From: the human T2T-CHM13v2.0 reference genome, Homo sapiens
Strand: one strand, 5' to 3'
Assembly (NCBI RefSeq): GCF_009914755.1
Contig: NC_060925.1
DNA: 64,000 nucleotides
Shown here: piece by piece, positions 11,625 to 25,733 of the stretch
Layout: each line of letters starts with the position of its first letter
Position numbering within the stretch: position 1 is the first letter of the stretch
Made by a program: the position numbers and the translations under genes
Notes under the pieces: generated by a model
What the model saw: the letters and a program-made list of their open reading frames with translations, nothing else
Database searches by the model: none
Told to the model about the DNA's origin: nothing

Positions 11625-14600
11625 TCCTTTTTAACAATTAAACATTTTAATGTCGCATAATTGTAGGTTCACACACAGTTATAAAAAATAGTAGAGAGGT
11701 TTATAATCCTTATACACCCAGTAATGGGATTGTTGGGTCAAATGGTATTTCTGGTTCTAGATCCTTGAGGAATCGCCACACTGTCTTCCACAATGGTTGA
11801 ACTAATTTACTCTCCCCCCAACAGTGTAAAAGCATTCCTATTTCTCCACAGCCTTGCCAGCATCTGTTGTTTCCTGACTTTTTAATGATCGGCATTCTAA
11901 CTGGCATGAAATGGTATCCCATTGTGGTTTTGATTTGCATTTCTCTAATAACCAGTGATGATTAGCTTTTTTTTGTATGTTTGTTGGCCACATAAATGTC
12001 TTCTTTTGAGAAGTGTCTGTTCATATCCTTCACCCACTTTTTGATGGGGTTGTTTTTTTCTTGTAAATTTGTTTAAGTTCCTTGTAGATCGATTCTGGAT
12101 ATTAGCCCTTTGTCAGATGGGTAGATTGCAAAAATTTTCTCCCATTCTGTAGGTTGCCTGTTCACTCTGATGATAGTTTCTTTTGCCTTGCAGAACCTCT
12201 TTAGTTTAATCAGATAAATCACTCTACTATAAAGACACATGCACACGTATATTTATTGCAGCACTATTTAAATAGCAAAGACTTGGAACCAACCCAAATG
12301 CCCATCAATGATAGACTGGATAAAGAAAATGTGGCACATATACACCATGGAATACTATGCAGCCATAAAAAGAATGAGTTCGTGTCCTTTGCAGGGACAT
12401 GGATGAAGCTGGAAGCCATGATTCTCAGCAAACTAACACAGGAACAGAAAACCAAACACTGCATGTTCTCATTCATAAGTGGGAGTTGAACAATGAGAAC
12501 ACATGGACATGGGGAGGGGTACATCACACACTGGGGCCTGTCTGGAGGTTGGGGGCTAGGGGAGGGAGAGCATTAGGACAAATACCTAATGCATGTAGGG
12601 CTTAAAACCAAGATGACAGATTGATAGATGAAGCAAACCACCATGGCAAATATATACCTATGTAAAAAATCTGCACATTCTGCACGTGTATCCCAGAACT
12701 TAAAGTAAAATAGAATAAAAAAATAGTAGAGGGATCCAGTGTTTTCCCCCAATGGCAACATCTTGCTAAACTGTAGTACAATACACAATCAGGATATTGG
12801 CATTGATACAGTAAAGATGCAGAGCGTTTCTACCAGCATGAGGTTCCCCACTGTTGCCCTTTTATAGCCACACCCAGTTTCCTCCTACACCTACCCCTCC
12901 TCAGTCCTTGGCAACCACTAATCCATTCTCCCTTTCTATTTTTGTCCTTTCAAGAAGATTATATAAAGTCAATCATACAGTATATAATTTTGGGGATTGG
13001 CTTTTGTCACTCAGCATAATTCTCTGAATATCAGTCCCAGTTATGGCATATATTATTAGTTGATTTTTTTATTGCTGAGTTTTGTTCCATGGTATGTCTG
13101 TGCTAGGTTCATTAACCATTCATCCGCTGAAGGAAATCTGAGTTGGTTCCAGTTTTTCGCTCTGATGATTATGAGCTGTTATACATATTAATGTACAGGT
13201 TTGTGTGAACATAAGTTTTTATTTCTCTGGGATAAATGCCAAGGAGTGTGATTGTTGCATCATATGATAACTGCATGTCTAGCATTTTAAAACATTGCCC
13301 GAAGCCTGTACTATTTTGCTTTCCTATTAGCAATGTATGATTAATCCAATATCTCCTCATACTTGCCAACATTTATAACCACCCAGATAGGTGTGCAGTA
13401 ATACCTCATTGTGAATTTAATTTGTATTTCCCACCTGGCTAATGATATTTAACATCATTTCACGTGCTTATTTGCCATATATATATCAGCTTCAGTGAAA
13501 TATCTGTGCATGTCTTTTGTCCATTTTCTATTTGAATTTATTTATTTATTTATTTTTACTTTTGATTTCCAGAGTGCCTTCTACAGTATATGCTAGGTAC
13601 TAGTCCTTTGTTGGATATGTGGTTTGCAAATATCTTCTTCCAATGTATAGCTTGTCTTTTCATCCACTTAACAGGATCTTCCACAGAGCAAACATTTTTA
13701 ATATCAATGAAGTTAAATTTATCATTTCCTTTTAAGAATCACACTTTTGGTATTAAGTCTAAGAACTCTTTGCCTAGCCCTAGTTTCTGAAAATATTCTA
13801 TTTTTTTCTAAGAGTTTTATAGTTTAAAATTTTACATTTAAGTCAATAATCCATGTTAGTTGATTTTTGTGTAAAGTCCGAGACTCAGTTTGAGGCGTTT
13901 TTTTTTTTTTTTGCTTATGGACGTCTAATTGATCCAGTACCATTTTTTGAAAAGACAATCTTCTTTCTCTATTGAATTCTTTTTGCATAGTTCTTAAATA
14001 TCAGTGGACATATTTTTGTGGATGAGTCTACTTTAAGTCTTCTGTTCTGTCTCATGAGTCTGTGTCTGTCTCTCTGCCAGAACCATAAAACTGATTACTG
14101 TAGCTCTACAATGAGTCTTGGAATCGAGTATGGATGATTGCTCCCACTTTATTTTTTTAAAAAATAGTTTTGAGTATTCAAGGTTTTTTTTTTTTTGCCT
14201 TTAAACATAAATTTTAGAATAATCTTGTCTGTGACTAGAAAAACTCTTGCTGGTATTTTTATAAAAATTCAGTTAAACTTGTATATCATTTTGGGGAAAA
14301 TTGATACCTTTACCATGTTGAGTCTTTTAACTCATGAAGAAAAGCATATCTCCATGTATTTTAATCTCCTTTGATTTCTTCAATGAGCATTTTGTAGTTT
14401 TTTTGCATACAAATACCGTGCATGTTAAATTTGCATCTAAGTATTTCAATTTTTTTGAGTGAACATAAATGGTATTGTACTTTTAATCTTGTACACACGG
14501 TCTTTGCTAGTATATAGGAGTGCAATTGACTTTTGTATGCTTATTTTGTGGCCTGCAGTTTTGCTGAACTTATCAGTCCTAGGAGTTTTCTTTTTTGATA

Positions 14601-15700
14601 GATTCTTTGGGATTTTTTAGGAAGACACCGTGCCATCTGCAAATATGAACAGTTTTATTTCTTCCTTTCTGACACATATGCCTACGATTTCTTTTTTTTC
14701 ACTTATTGCACTTTAGACTTATTGCACTTTCCACCAATATTTTAAACAAAAGCAGTGAGATGAACATTCTTGTTCTTGATCATAGAGGGAAAGCATGCAG
14801 CCTTTCACCATTGAGTATAATGTTAGCTCTAAAGTTTTTATAGATTCTTCTTTGCAAGTTGAGGAAGTTTCTATCTATTCCTATTTTTCTGAGAGTTTTT
14901 ATTATGAAAGGGTGTGGAATTTTGTCAAATGCTTTTTCTGTACCAGTTGATATCATCATGTTATTTTTTTCTCTAGACTGTTAATATACTAGTTTACATT
15001 GATTGAGTTTCAAATGCTGAACCAGCCTTGCATCCCTAGAATAAACTCCATTGGTCATGGTTTATAACTCTTTTTATGATAAGTATTGCTGAATTTTACT
15101 TACTAATTTTTTTTGTGAAGGGTTTTTTAGTCTATATTCATGAGGGATATTACTCTAGAGTTTTCTTTTTAAATACTTTTTGTCTGGTTTTAGTATGGGG
15201 GTAATACTAATTTCATAAAATGATTTGGGAAGTCTTCCTTCCTCTTCCATTTTCTGGAAGAGATTACATAGAATTGGTATTAGTCCTCCTTTAAATATTT
15301 GGTTAAATTATACAGTGAAATTATCTGGGTTTGAAAATTCATTTTTTTGAGAGTTTTTAAATTATGAATTTAATTTTCTTAACAGTTACAGGGCTATTCA
15401 AAGATTTATTTGACATTATTTTGTGTTTGTTTTTGGAGGAATTGGCCCATTTCATCGAAGTTGTTAGACTCTAAAAAGAGTCTGCTTCTGGGACTCTGAT
15501 GACACAACTGTTAGATTTTTTTGTTATTATCCCACATGTCCCTGAGGCACTGTTCCTTTGTTTTCAGTCAATTCTCTCTCTGTTGTAGTGATTGAGTAAT
15601 TTCTATTGTTCTGTTTTCCAGTTCACTGACTCTTGTTTCAGTGCAGACTTTTCCCCTCTTGTTTTCATATTTTTATTTCATGTGTGTTAACATCATTGAT
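11625..15700 (-). mobile_element. Old L1M (L1MC/MD-type), several kb, host of the L1PA8 insertion
   Basis: The 3' terminus at about 11625 continues after 12732 (cccccaatggcaacatcttgc...). Degenerate antisense ORF2 extends to about 15480, followed by ORF1-like sequence. Confidence 0.8.
11697..12722 (+). mobile_element. L1PA8-like 5'-truncated element with 5' inversion
   Basis: About 11700-12215 is antisense ORF2 ([13 protein letters not shown]...LWKTVWRFLKDLEPEIPFDP). 12214-12722 is the sense 3' end and A-rich tail. TSD AAAAAATAGTAGAG at 11683-11696 and 12718-12731. Confidence 0.93.
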
Positions 15701-16399
15701 TAAGCAAACCTTTTTTCATCCTTAGTTATGCCTTGGTTAGACTTTTTGGGACTTTGGGGCCTGCTTTAGTCCCCAAATACTCTGTCTTCTACATTTAGCA
15801 CTTCTCAACTATGATATTTGGATTTTTGTATTTTTCTAGTCCCTGACTCTAATAGGGTCACATTATCCCTGGAAGCTCTGGAATAGCTTACCCTGCTTCT
15901 CTGTGTGCCAAATGTAGTCTCCTTTCTTAGACTACTATGTTGGCCTCTCCCCTTCTTAAAAAGTCATTTGCTAAAGTGCTAATTAGGATCAATTATCCAG
16001 TTCTAAAGTGAAGTATCATCGTCATTCCATTCTCCAAGTCTCAAAGTATCCATGAGATGATGTCTAGGCAAGCTAGAAGTACAGATAAAATGTTTAGGGA
16101 TGCAATTCTATATCTCAGATGTAAATGGAATCACTACTACAATGTCTGCAAGGAACACGGAACCTGGCTGTGCTGTGTGTGAAACAATCTCCTTCCAGCT
16201 ACAGGTGCTGACAAGGAGAGTTGTTTCTGATTCCCTAGAGCTTAGCACACTGCCTAACAAATAGAAGCTCAGTTAATATTTGTCTATGTTGACAGCTAAG
16301 GACCACAACCCTAAGAGGAAGGGGTGGGGAGAGCAGTGGAAGTAAAATATTGGATATTCCAATTGTTTAATTGTTTTTATTTATTAATTTCCTGTGTAC

Positions 16400-17075
16400 T
16401 TTATTCACTCATTCTTTTACCAAATATTAATGACATATCTAGTATGAACTAGAACCATACTAGGGTCTGGAGTGTCTTAAGTTGGTTTCCCTGGGAAACA
16501 CACTTTGAGATGGAGACTTGTGTGCAGGAGATTTGTTGGAGAGGGCTATCACCTCCCAGAAACACCTGGGAGACAGTGGGAGAAGCAGAGCTGGACCGAA
16601 GGGAAGCTAAGCTGCACTGCAGTTGCAAATGTGGACTCAGCTGATAGCACAGAGATCTGGAGCTGGGATGGCCCTTCAGAGCTATCCTGAATTGAGGCAA
16701 AGGGGCTGAGCCTTTATACCCTTGTATTGGCCAGTCATTGGAAGAGGGATAACACTTGCCCTTAGCTGTGTGAAATTTCAATAAAGAGATTCAGCTGTGA
16801 GCTGACAGCAGGCAGCAATTCTAGCAGCTGGGGAAATGGGATACTTGTTCTGAAAAGGATCTGGGTTGTGCATTATGGCACCCACAACATGAGGCTGCAA
16901 AGGGATGAATAGGACAGAATTTCTGCTCCTTGGGAGTTGGCAGTTGGAGAGACAGACATGTAAACAAATAGTTATGATTAACTATGATAAGTTTAACGAG
17001 AGCAATAAGTTAAAAGTGCCATAGGAACTCACATCAGGGAGCAGCCAACTCTGGGTGGGTCAGGGAAGACTTCTC
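16400..17075 (-). mobile_element. L2 fragment split by an ERVL LTR
   Basis: ttcactcattc...aaatattaatga; resumes at 16890 with gacagacatgtaaacaaata...gtcagggaagacttctc. Confidence 0.65.
16473..16889 (-). mobile_element. LTR16-family (LTR16C-like) ERVL solo LTR
   Basis: tgtctt...tgagatggagacttgtgtgcagga...tctggagctgggatggcccttcagag...ccagtcattgga...cacaaca. Confidence 0.8.
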
Positions 17076-18488
17076 TTCAGCATTTGCTTTGCTCTTTTGA
17101 GTTTTGAAGAGAGAAAATTTCATGCCATCACATCTCATGGAGTAGATAATGAATTACAAAAGCTAGAATTTGCTTTGAAATATGAGGTCTGTACTTTGCC
17201 AAGTAAAGAGAAGTAAATCATGCATTAATGGAGCCGATATTTTCAGTGAGTTAACGCCACAGGCACCCTGTGCGCAGATCCAGCAAAGAGATAGGAAAGG
17301 TGAGCATGCGGGTTACGTGTAATGTGGAAAATAACCTTTTAAACTTTTATGCCCCTCTCTAGGGCAAGAATGCTATTCTTTAAAAGGTTAGTCGACTACC
17401 AAAAAAAGAAAAAAAGAGGCTACTTCATGTTTCATTCCAGAATCAATTTTTCTATTAAAAATAAATTGCACTTTAAGTAACCTGGGATATGTTCAGCTAG
17501 AGCTGGTGGCTAGATGAAACTTTTATGTCTGCAGTCCTGGTGATTTGGAAGGACTGTTGAACTACTAAGAACAGAATGTAAATGTCTCTGATCTTCCAAA
17601 ACTTGGATTGCCCCATCTAACCTTAATCCTAGTAGAATTTCACTGCGGTTTGATGGGTCCTAGGCCCCCAGTGGTTGCTTTGTGCCCAGTGTTGTATAAT
17701 CATTAGGAAAATCCAGAGCTCTTCTCCTTTTCATCTCCACTGGCAGAGATTCACTGCCCTTTAGGAGTTTAGAGTTAACTTGGAGAGTCACAGAAACATG
17801 AAACAACGGGAGAATGATTTGCAAGCAATATGTAAGCAAGTGTGGGTGTGCTACAGAGAGCCCTTGAGGAGCTTAGAAGAATATGAGAAGCCAGGAAGAC
17901 TTCTTAGAAGGAGGCTAGCATGGAGCCAGATTTTGAAGGAGATGATGGATTGGTAGAGAGAAGATGTTGGGACATTCTAAAGGGCAGGGGTCGCTGACCA
18001 CAGGCCCACAGGAAGAAATGACTAAGATTGGTGCAGGGTCTAGAGAAGCCAGCTCATACCTCCTCTTGGGAACTAACTCGTGGTAATGGGAGTAGTCAGG
18101 TTCAGGAAAGCTTGATACTCAAAATTACAAAGAAACCTAAATCTATGTCCTTTTATCTATTTTCTTACTTTCTTTAGAAATTATATAAAAAGATTGAATG
18201 TGTGCTCCGATAAGATTCATGGCCCTATGACATGGTACAAACTACCAGGAATATGCTTTCTGGTTTAAAGAGAACTTAATGGCACCTGATACAAACATTC
18301 ATCTGATACTTGAGTCTCCTTAACAGAGAATGGCCCAACCATATATTCATTCATCTAATGCTTGCACAACCCTAGTGCTATGGAATATAGTATCTCCTTT
18401 CATTCTTGACAGAGGGATAAAAGGCTAAAATATGTCACTTTGTGCCAGATCCTGTTGTCTGCTTCATCAAACAATACCAAATAAACAA

Positions 18489-19240
<752 letters not shown>

Positions 19241-19329
19241 TGAATGAAACTGAGTCTACCTTCAAATAGAAAGTCCATGGGGTTTTTTTTGTTTGTTTTT
19301 TGTCTGTTTCTTTCTCAGAATAGTGTGAC

Positions 19330-19570
19330 CCCCTTGCACCTGGTATTCATTTGAACTCAAATGAAGGACCTTATACTTCTTCCTATACTCATTCCATCAT
19401 ATTAGATTCTATTCATTCTGAAAACCTGTGGAGGTTTTTTGGTCCAAATTCTTTCATTGAACGTGTTTGCCATTTCTCTTGGCTTGGTATACTTTGCAGA
19501 TTTGATGAACAGTTTCCAAGACTTAATTGATACAACTGACAATCCGGATAGGGTCAAGGAAAGGAGCTTC
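19330..19570 (-). mobile_element. CR1/L3 RT-region fragment
   Basis: ctttgcagatttgatgaac...gatagggtcaaggaaaggagc resembles antisense L3 RT sequence. Confidence 0.5.
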
Positions 19571-19739
19571 AGGGTAGTAGGAAGAGTGAGGATGTTACCT
19601 GCTTACTAATCCTAAAGCTACAAGGAGCCAAGGGCTAAGTCAGTAGCTATACCCCAAAGAGGGATGTGGCCACAAGGAATGAGAGAATTATGAAGAGGTG
19701 TACTCTGTCACTTCTCAGCAAGGATGTTAGCAGAATAGG

Positions 19740-19940
19740 ATGGCTGCCACTTGCTGGACATGTATTACATACCAGGAAGAACTAAGTGCATTATGTACGT
19801 TATGAGGTTAGTATTACCATCACCATTTTATATGTGAGGAAATAATGAGTTAGAGAAATTAAATTACCTGTATGGTGTCACAGGTTGGAAGAGGTAGGTG
19901 GGGACAAACTTCAAACTCAAGTTTGACTTCAAAGCATGCC
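19740..19940 (-). mobile_element. MIR
   Basis: ccattttatatgtgaggaaa...agagaaattaaattacctg...gtcacagg. Confidence 0.7.
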
Positions 19941-20759
19941 CTCGTAATTGCTGAATTACTGGAAGTCACAGTCATATGAAGCCACAACCAGAGAACTCTG
20001 CAGGAAGGGGGTTCCCAGGAGTGTGAAGACTCTTGGTCAATCCATTATGAGTATTCTGAGGTGTGGGAATACAGAAGGATCTCTGTCACTTTGTTTAGCC
20101 TCTATTTGGCTTGTGTGTTTACTAATTTGTTTTTCCTAGTAGAATTTCTTTGCTCCTCACTGAAAGTCCAAATTGTGTGATTAGAAATAACTCCAAATCA
20201 ATGAATTGTGATGACACAAAAGATCATTTCACAGGAGGGGTCATAATGGTGACCAAATTAATCCTGAATATCTCAATAAATGACAAAGAAACATGAACCA
20301 CAGAGAAGTTGCATCCCTGACCTGGTTTCCATCCAAGTGAAGAGTTTGGAAAGAGCAGAGTGTACCAGGGACTTCTCGCTGCCCAAGTCTCCTTACTTGG
20401 TTGAGTCCTATCTTCTGTATAGGTACTGACTCCAGGGACACTGGGGATTTTGTCTCAGCTTGACTTTCTTTTTTGGGTCTCATCAGGGCTTTCTGTTGAG
20501 GAGACAAATAGCATTTCTTCTGATTCTGAATGCTGAGACAAAGCTCCCTCCAGAACTTAAGCTCACATCACTTGATTGACTATGTAGAGGATAACTCAAT
20601 TGTATGTGGGCAACATCTGCAGAACAGTGCAGTAAAGAATGCTCCTCACACAGTCACCTTCCCAACCAACTCACCCACCTCTAGGCAGGGCCAACTTCCA
20701 GTTGTCATTCTCCCCTTCTTACTCTCATCTCAGCACCCTGCCCTATAATTTCTCATCAG

Positions 20760-20960
20760 AGACAGACAGATTGAAAAAAACAAGAAGAATTAGATTTGAG
20801 TTCTGCTTTTTTCACTTACTGGTTATGTGACCTTGAACAAATTACTTAATCCGTCTGAGTCTGTTTCCTGATCTGTTAAAAAAGGAACTATAATATTTAT
20901 CTCTATGAGCTACGTGGAACTAAATGAGATTTAGAGAAGACATTCTATAAGCAAAAAGGG
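20760..20960 (+). mobile_element. MIR
   Basis: cacttactggttatgtgaccttgaacaaattacttaatccgtctgagtctgtttcctgatctgt. Confidence 0.8.
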
Positions 20961-21049
20961 TGAAATGCATTGTGAAATCGGCTGACTATCCAAAGCAGGT
21001 CATGTTAGGAGTGGAGAAGGAAAAATGCTGCTGTTCCTGTTGCTAATGA

Positions 21050-21290
21050 TGAAGATGATGGTGATAATGATGATAGCTAATGTTTGCTGAACATATAGCT
21101 ATGTGCCATGCATTGGGCCAGGGCTTTGCATATACGCTCCTATTTAATCTTTGCAACAGTCATCTGAGATGAATATTAATTTTATTCTCATTTTATAGAT
21201 GAGGAAATGGGAGTTTTAAAGACATTCAATAACTTTGGCCAAGGTCATTCAGCTATTAAATTTTAAGACCAGAAACCAATTGGATTCCTG
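21050..21290 (-). mobile_element. MIR
   Basis: ctcattttatagatgaggaaatgg...aactttggccaaggtca. Confidence 0.75.
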
Positions 21291-21876
21291 GATTTTGCTT
21301 ATCCTGAGAAAATTCTTGGTCTCCTGAATTCAGCTGAAATCATCAGTGAATGTCAGAAATCATCAGATGAAATCATCAGTGAACATCAGAAACTTTACCT
21401 CAAGAGAGTACTTGCGCTGTGTCCCCCGACCCCTCCCACTGATCTCTGAGCCCACTGACCTAGTGAAGGCAGCTGCACGATTCATCACAATGGCTGTACT
21501 TTATTTCTCCATTCTTGAGAACATTATTTACATTTCTTAAGATTTTGACACATTAAAAATATATAATTTACATTTAGGAGACTTGGGTCCTATTCCCAAC
21601 TTCTCCATTAACTTGGCCTTAGGCAAGTCAATCTCTTTGAGTCTCAGTTTCTCATTTTCAAAATTACAACAATAGATCCTCTTGAGTCTCTAAGATACTT
21701 TAATTCTTTGATTTTTAATCTTGCAGTCATGAACACTTAGCCTTAGCATGTGAAATGTCACAGAATTTTCTAAACCAAAGTGTCGCTTCCAAGGAACAAA
21801 TGTTATTTCCATTTTTATTTACGAAAGTAAATGACTATTACCTTGTCACTACCATTCAGACATCCTATACCTTATT

Positions 21877-21982
21877 TGAGTGGCCACATAATTTATCATC
21901 CAAATCAGGACACTTTGGGGAGTGAAAGCAATGTTAATAATTAATTGCACCAGGGCAGCAGGCTTAACCAGGACTGTCACCT
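21877..21982 (+). mobile_element. MER94 (hAT-Blackjack)
   Basis: ccacataatttatcatccaaatcaggacactttggggagtgaaag...aaccaggactgtc. Confidence 0.75.
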
Positions 21983-22781
21983 TTGTCATTGCTCCATTTG
22001 TAGCTACTCTTCTTCCTTACCCTTCTCTCTTCTCCCCTTCTCCTTCCGTGGGCTTCAACAAGAGTGAAAGGTGCCACAGACAGAGGTGTGAGCTCCCTCA
22101 GCCGCTTAATGGAGTGTTAAGTTCAAAACTGAGGTGTGACCATTTAAATGCTAACACTTTTAAGCAAGTTTGTTTGCAACAGAAACACCCTGTTTAAGGC
22201 TTATTTCCTCCCTCTAGTTTCAAAAACATTTTGCATTGTTAATTTCTACTCCATTCAATCAGTACCTTGCTCATTATTTTCTTTCTGTACTTCTTTATTT
22301 TAAACAAATTTTGATTTTGTAACTGGCTTGGATAGCACTAGAAGGAAACCAGCGTTGGACTCAAACAAGAAGCAATGCCTTCAGTAATGTCCTGGGATCA
22401 TTTTCTCCATGTCCATTTTCTGTCTGTTTTCCTGGATACTCTGGAAAATAGTAGGGGCCAACAGATGGGTTTTGTGAAATCCAATGAGCAATTTGAAGTG
22501 ATTCCTTTTATAAGCCAGCTTATATGAATTTCTGTTGGAGGAGATGATACTGAACTTATTCCCCTCATCTGTGTTCTACCTGATGAAAATCAAACACCAC
22601 CCCTTCCTGGGGGACAGCAGAATTCACGAGCTTGATTCTTACTATTTTTAAAAACAGACAATGCGCTGGGAGGTAGAGAAGGATTGCCAGATAGAAGCCT
22701 CTAGCAAGTGTCCTCCCTGCAGGAACCCCAAATTGAACAACTATCCATATAAAAAAGCACCTTCACAAGAACCAAAAATCA

Positions 22782-23081
22782 GACCGGGTGTGGTGGCTCA
22801 TGCCTGTAGTCCTAGCACTTTGGGAGGCCAAGGTGGGCGGATCTCTTGAGCCCAGAATTTGAGACCAGCCTGGGCATCATGGCAAAACCCTGTCTCTACA
22901 AAAAAATACAAAAATTAGCTGGGCGTGCTGGTGCACGCCTGTAGTCCCAGCTACTTGGGGGGCTGATGCACCAGGATCATTTGAACCTGGGAGGTTGAGG
23001 TTGTGGTGAGCTGAGATCGCACCACTGCAACCCAGACTGAGGGAGACCAGTGAGACTGTGTCTCAAAAAAACAAAACAAAA
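22782..23081 (+). mobile_element. AluJ (Jb-like)
   Basis: Full dimer with cttgagcccag and cagcctgggca..atggcaaaaccc; degenerate TSD accaaaaatcag/accaacatcag. Confidence 0.92.
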
Positions 23082-24543
23082 CACCAACATCAGTTGAGCA
23101 ACCAGAATACCCAGTTTTAACATCATATTAAAGAAAGAGGCACTGATGAGGATAGAAAAGACAGTCTCGAATTGCCTACACCACCCCTCCCTCATTCCTG
23201 GCAGCAGCCATGTGGTATGGAAAGAGAATCCGTGTGCTTGAGGGAGGGAGAATGCAGTGATTGTGGGACTTTGCATTGGAACTCAGTGCTGTCCTGTCAC
23301 TGTTGAAAGCAATATAGGGAAGAACTTTGCCAATGCCCATGGAGAAAGCATTTAGACCAGCCCTAGTCAAAGGAGAAGCACCCATCCCAGTGGTTGGAAC
23401 CTCCTGGATGGCATTTCTAGACACACCCTGGGCCAGAAGGGAACCTGTTGCCTTGAAGAGAAGGACCCAGATCTGGCAGAATTCATCACTGGTTGACTAA
23501 GGAACCCTTGAGCCCTAAATAATAAGCAGTGGCAGCCAGGCAGTACTTGCCATGGGTGTTGGGTAAGACTGAGCTGTATTGGCTTCAGGTGTGACCCAGC
23601 ACATTCTCGGCTGTGGTGGCTGTGGAGGGACACCCCTTATGCTTGAGGAAAGGAGAGGAAGAGTAAAGTAGGCTTTGTCTTGTAGCTTGGGTACCAGCTT
23701 GGCCACAAGGGGTAGAGCACCAAGCAAACTCAAGCAAACTTCCTACAGTCCCCATTTCCAGGCCTTGGCTCCTGGATGGCATTTCTGGACCTGCCATAGG
23801 TCAGAATGGAGCCTGTGGCTCTGAAGAGAGAGATTCAGGCCTGTCAGCATTCACCACAAGCTGACTGAAGAGCCTTGGGCCTTGAGTGAACATTGGTGAT
23901 AGCCAGGCAGTTCTCATGCAGGCCTGGGGTGGTGGTGGCCTTTGGGGGAGACTCCTCTGCTTGAGAAAAGGGATTGGAAGAGTAGAAAGGCCTTTGTCTT
24001 TTGGCTTGGGTGCCAGCTCAGCTGCAGTAGAATGGAGCACCAGATAGATGCCTGAGGTTTTCAACTCCAGGCCCTGGCTCCTGGATGGCATCCCTAGACC
24101 TGCCCAAGGCCAGGGGAGCTCACTGTCCTGAAGGGAAGGACATAAGCCTGGCTGGGTTTGCTGCCTGCTGATTGTAGAGCCCTTGGGCCTTGAGTGAACA
24201 TAGGCAATAGCCAGGCAGTGGTCATTGTGGATCTTGGGCAAGACTCAGTGCTGTGCCAGCTTTGGGTCTGACCCTCGCACAGTCCCAGTGGTGGTGGCTG
24301 CAGGGGTGCTTGTGTCCCCCCTCCAGGCAGCTCAGCACAGAGAGAGGGACTCTACTTGTTTGGGAGTAAGTAAGGGACGAGAACAAGGGTCTCTGCCTGT
24401 TACTCCAGGGAATTCTTCCAGACCTTACCCAAGACCACCAAGAAGATACCTCTATGAGTATGCAAAAACCATGGGATTACCGGGCTTGGGGTGCCCCCTA
24501 AAGCAGATATGGCTGCAGTAATTGAGACTTAGATCAAAATACC

Positions 24544-25082
24544 TGTGATGGTTAATATTGAGCGTCAACTTGATTGAAGGATGCAAAGTATTGTTCCTGG
24601 GTGTGTCTGTGAGGGGGTTGCCAAAGCAGATGAACATTTGAGTCAGTGGACTGGGAGAGGCAGACGCATCCTCAATATGGGTGGGCACCATCTAATCAGC
24701 TGCCAGCACAGCTAGACTAAATCAGCCAGGAGAACGTGTAAGGACTTGACTTGCTGCTGAGTGTTCTGGCCTTAGTCTTTCTCCCGTGCTGGATGCTTCC
24801 TGCCCTTGAACATTGGACTCCAAGTTCTTCAACTTTTGGACTCCTGGACCTACACCAGTGGTTTGCCAGGGGCTGTCAGGCCTTCAGCTACAGACTGAAG
24901 GCTGCACTGACGGCTTCCCTACTTTTGAGGTTTGGGGACTCAACTGGCTTCCTTACTCCTCAGCTTGCAGACAGCCTATTGTGGGACTTCACCTTGTGAT
25001 CGTGTGAGTCAGTATTCCTTAATAAACTCCCCTTTATATATACATCTATACTACTAGTTTGGTCCCTCTAGAGACTAATATA
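24544..25082 (+). mobile_element. MLT2A2-like ERVL solo LTR
   Basis: tgtgatggttaatattgagcgtcaacttgattg...gtgggcaccatctaatcagctgccagc...cagcttgcagacagcctattgtgggac...aataaactccc. Confidence 0.92.
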
Positions 25083-25332
25083 ATGTCCAAGTCCCTGTGA
25101 GTACCCAGAAAGACTTTCTGAGAAGGATGGGTACAAACAAGCTCAGACTGCAAAGACTACAATAAATAACTAACTCTCCAATGCCCAATAACAGCAAACA
25201 TGCACAAACATCAACACCATCCAGGAAATCATGACCTCACCAAATGAACTAAACAAGGCACCAGAGACCAAGGATCAATCCTGAAGGAAAAAAGATATGT
25301 GATCTTTCATACACAGAATTCAAAATAGCTGT

Positions 25333-25733
25333 TGATATGGTTTGTACAGTTGTCCCCACCCACATCTCATGTTGAATTGTAATCCTCAATGCTGGAGGTG
25401 GGGGCTGATGGGAAATGTTTGGGTCATGAGGGTGGATTTCTCATGTCCTGGTGCCTTCTTCACAATAGTGAGTGAGTTCTCATGAGATCTGGTTGTTTAA
25501 AAGTGTGTGGCACCTCCTTCCCAACTCTCTCTTTTGCTCCTGCCCTGGCCATGTGATATGCCTGTCCCTGCTTTGTCTTCAGTCTGAGTAAAAGCTTCCT
25601 GAGGCCTCCACAGAAGCAGATGCGAGAGCTATGCTTCCTGTACAGCCTGCAGAACAGTGAGCCAGTTAAACTTCTTTTCTTATAAATTACCTAGTCTCAA
25701 GTATTTATAGCAATGCAAGAATGGCATAATATA
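25333..25733 (+). mobile_element. MSTA solo LTR
   Basis: tgatatggtttg...gagttctcatgagatctggttgtttaaaagtgtgtggcacctc...gtacagcctgcagaacagtgagcc...taatata; no TSD. Confidence 0.92.
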
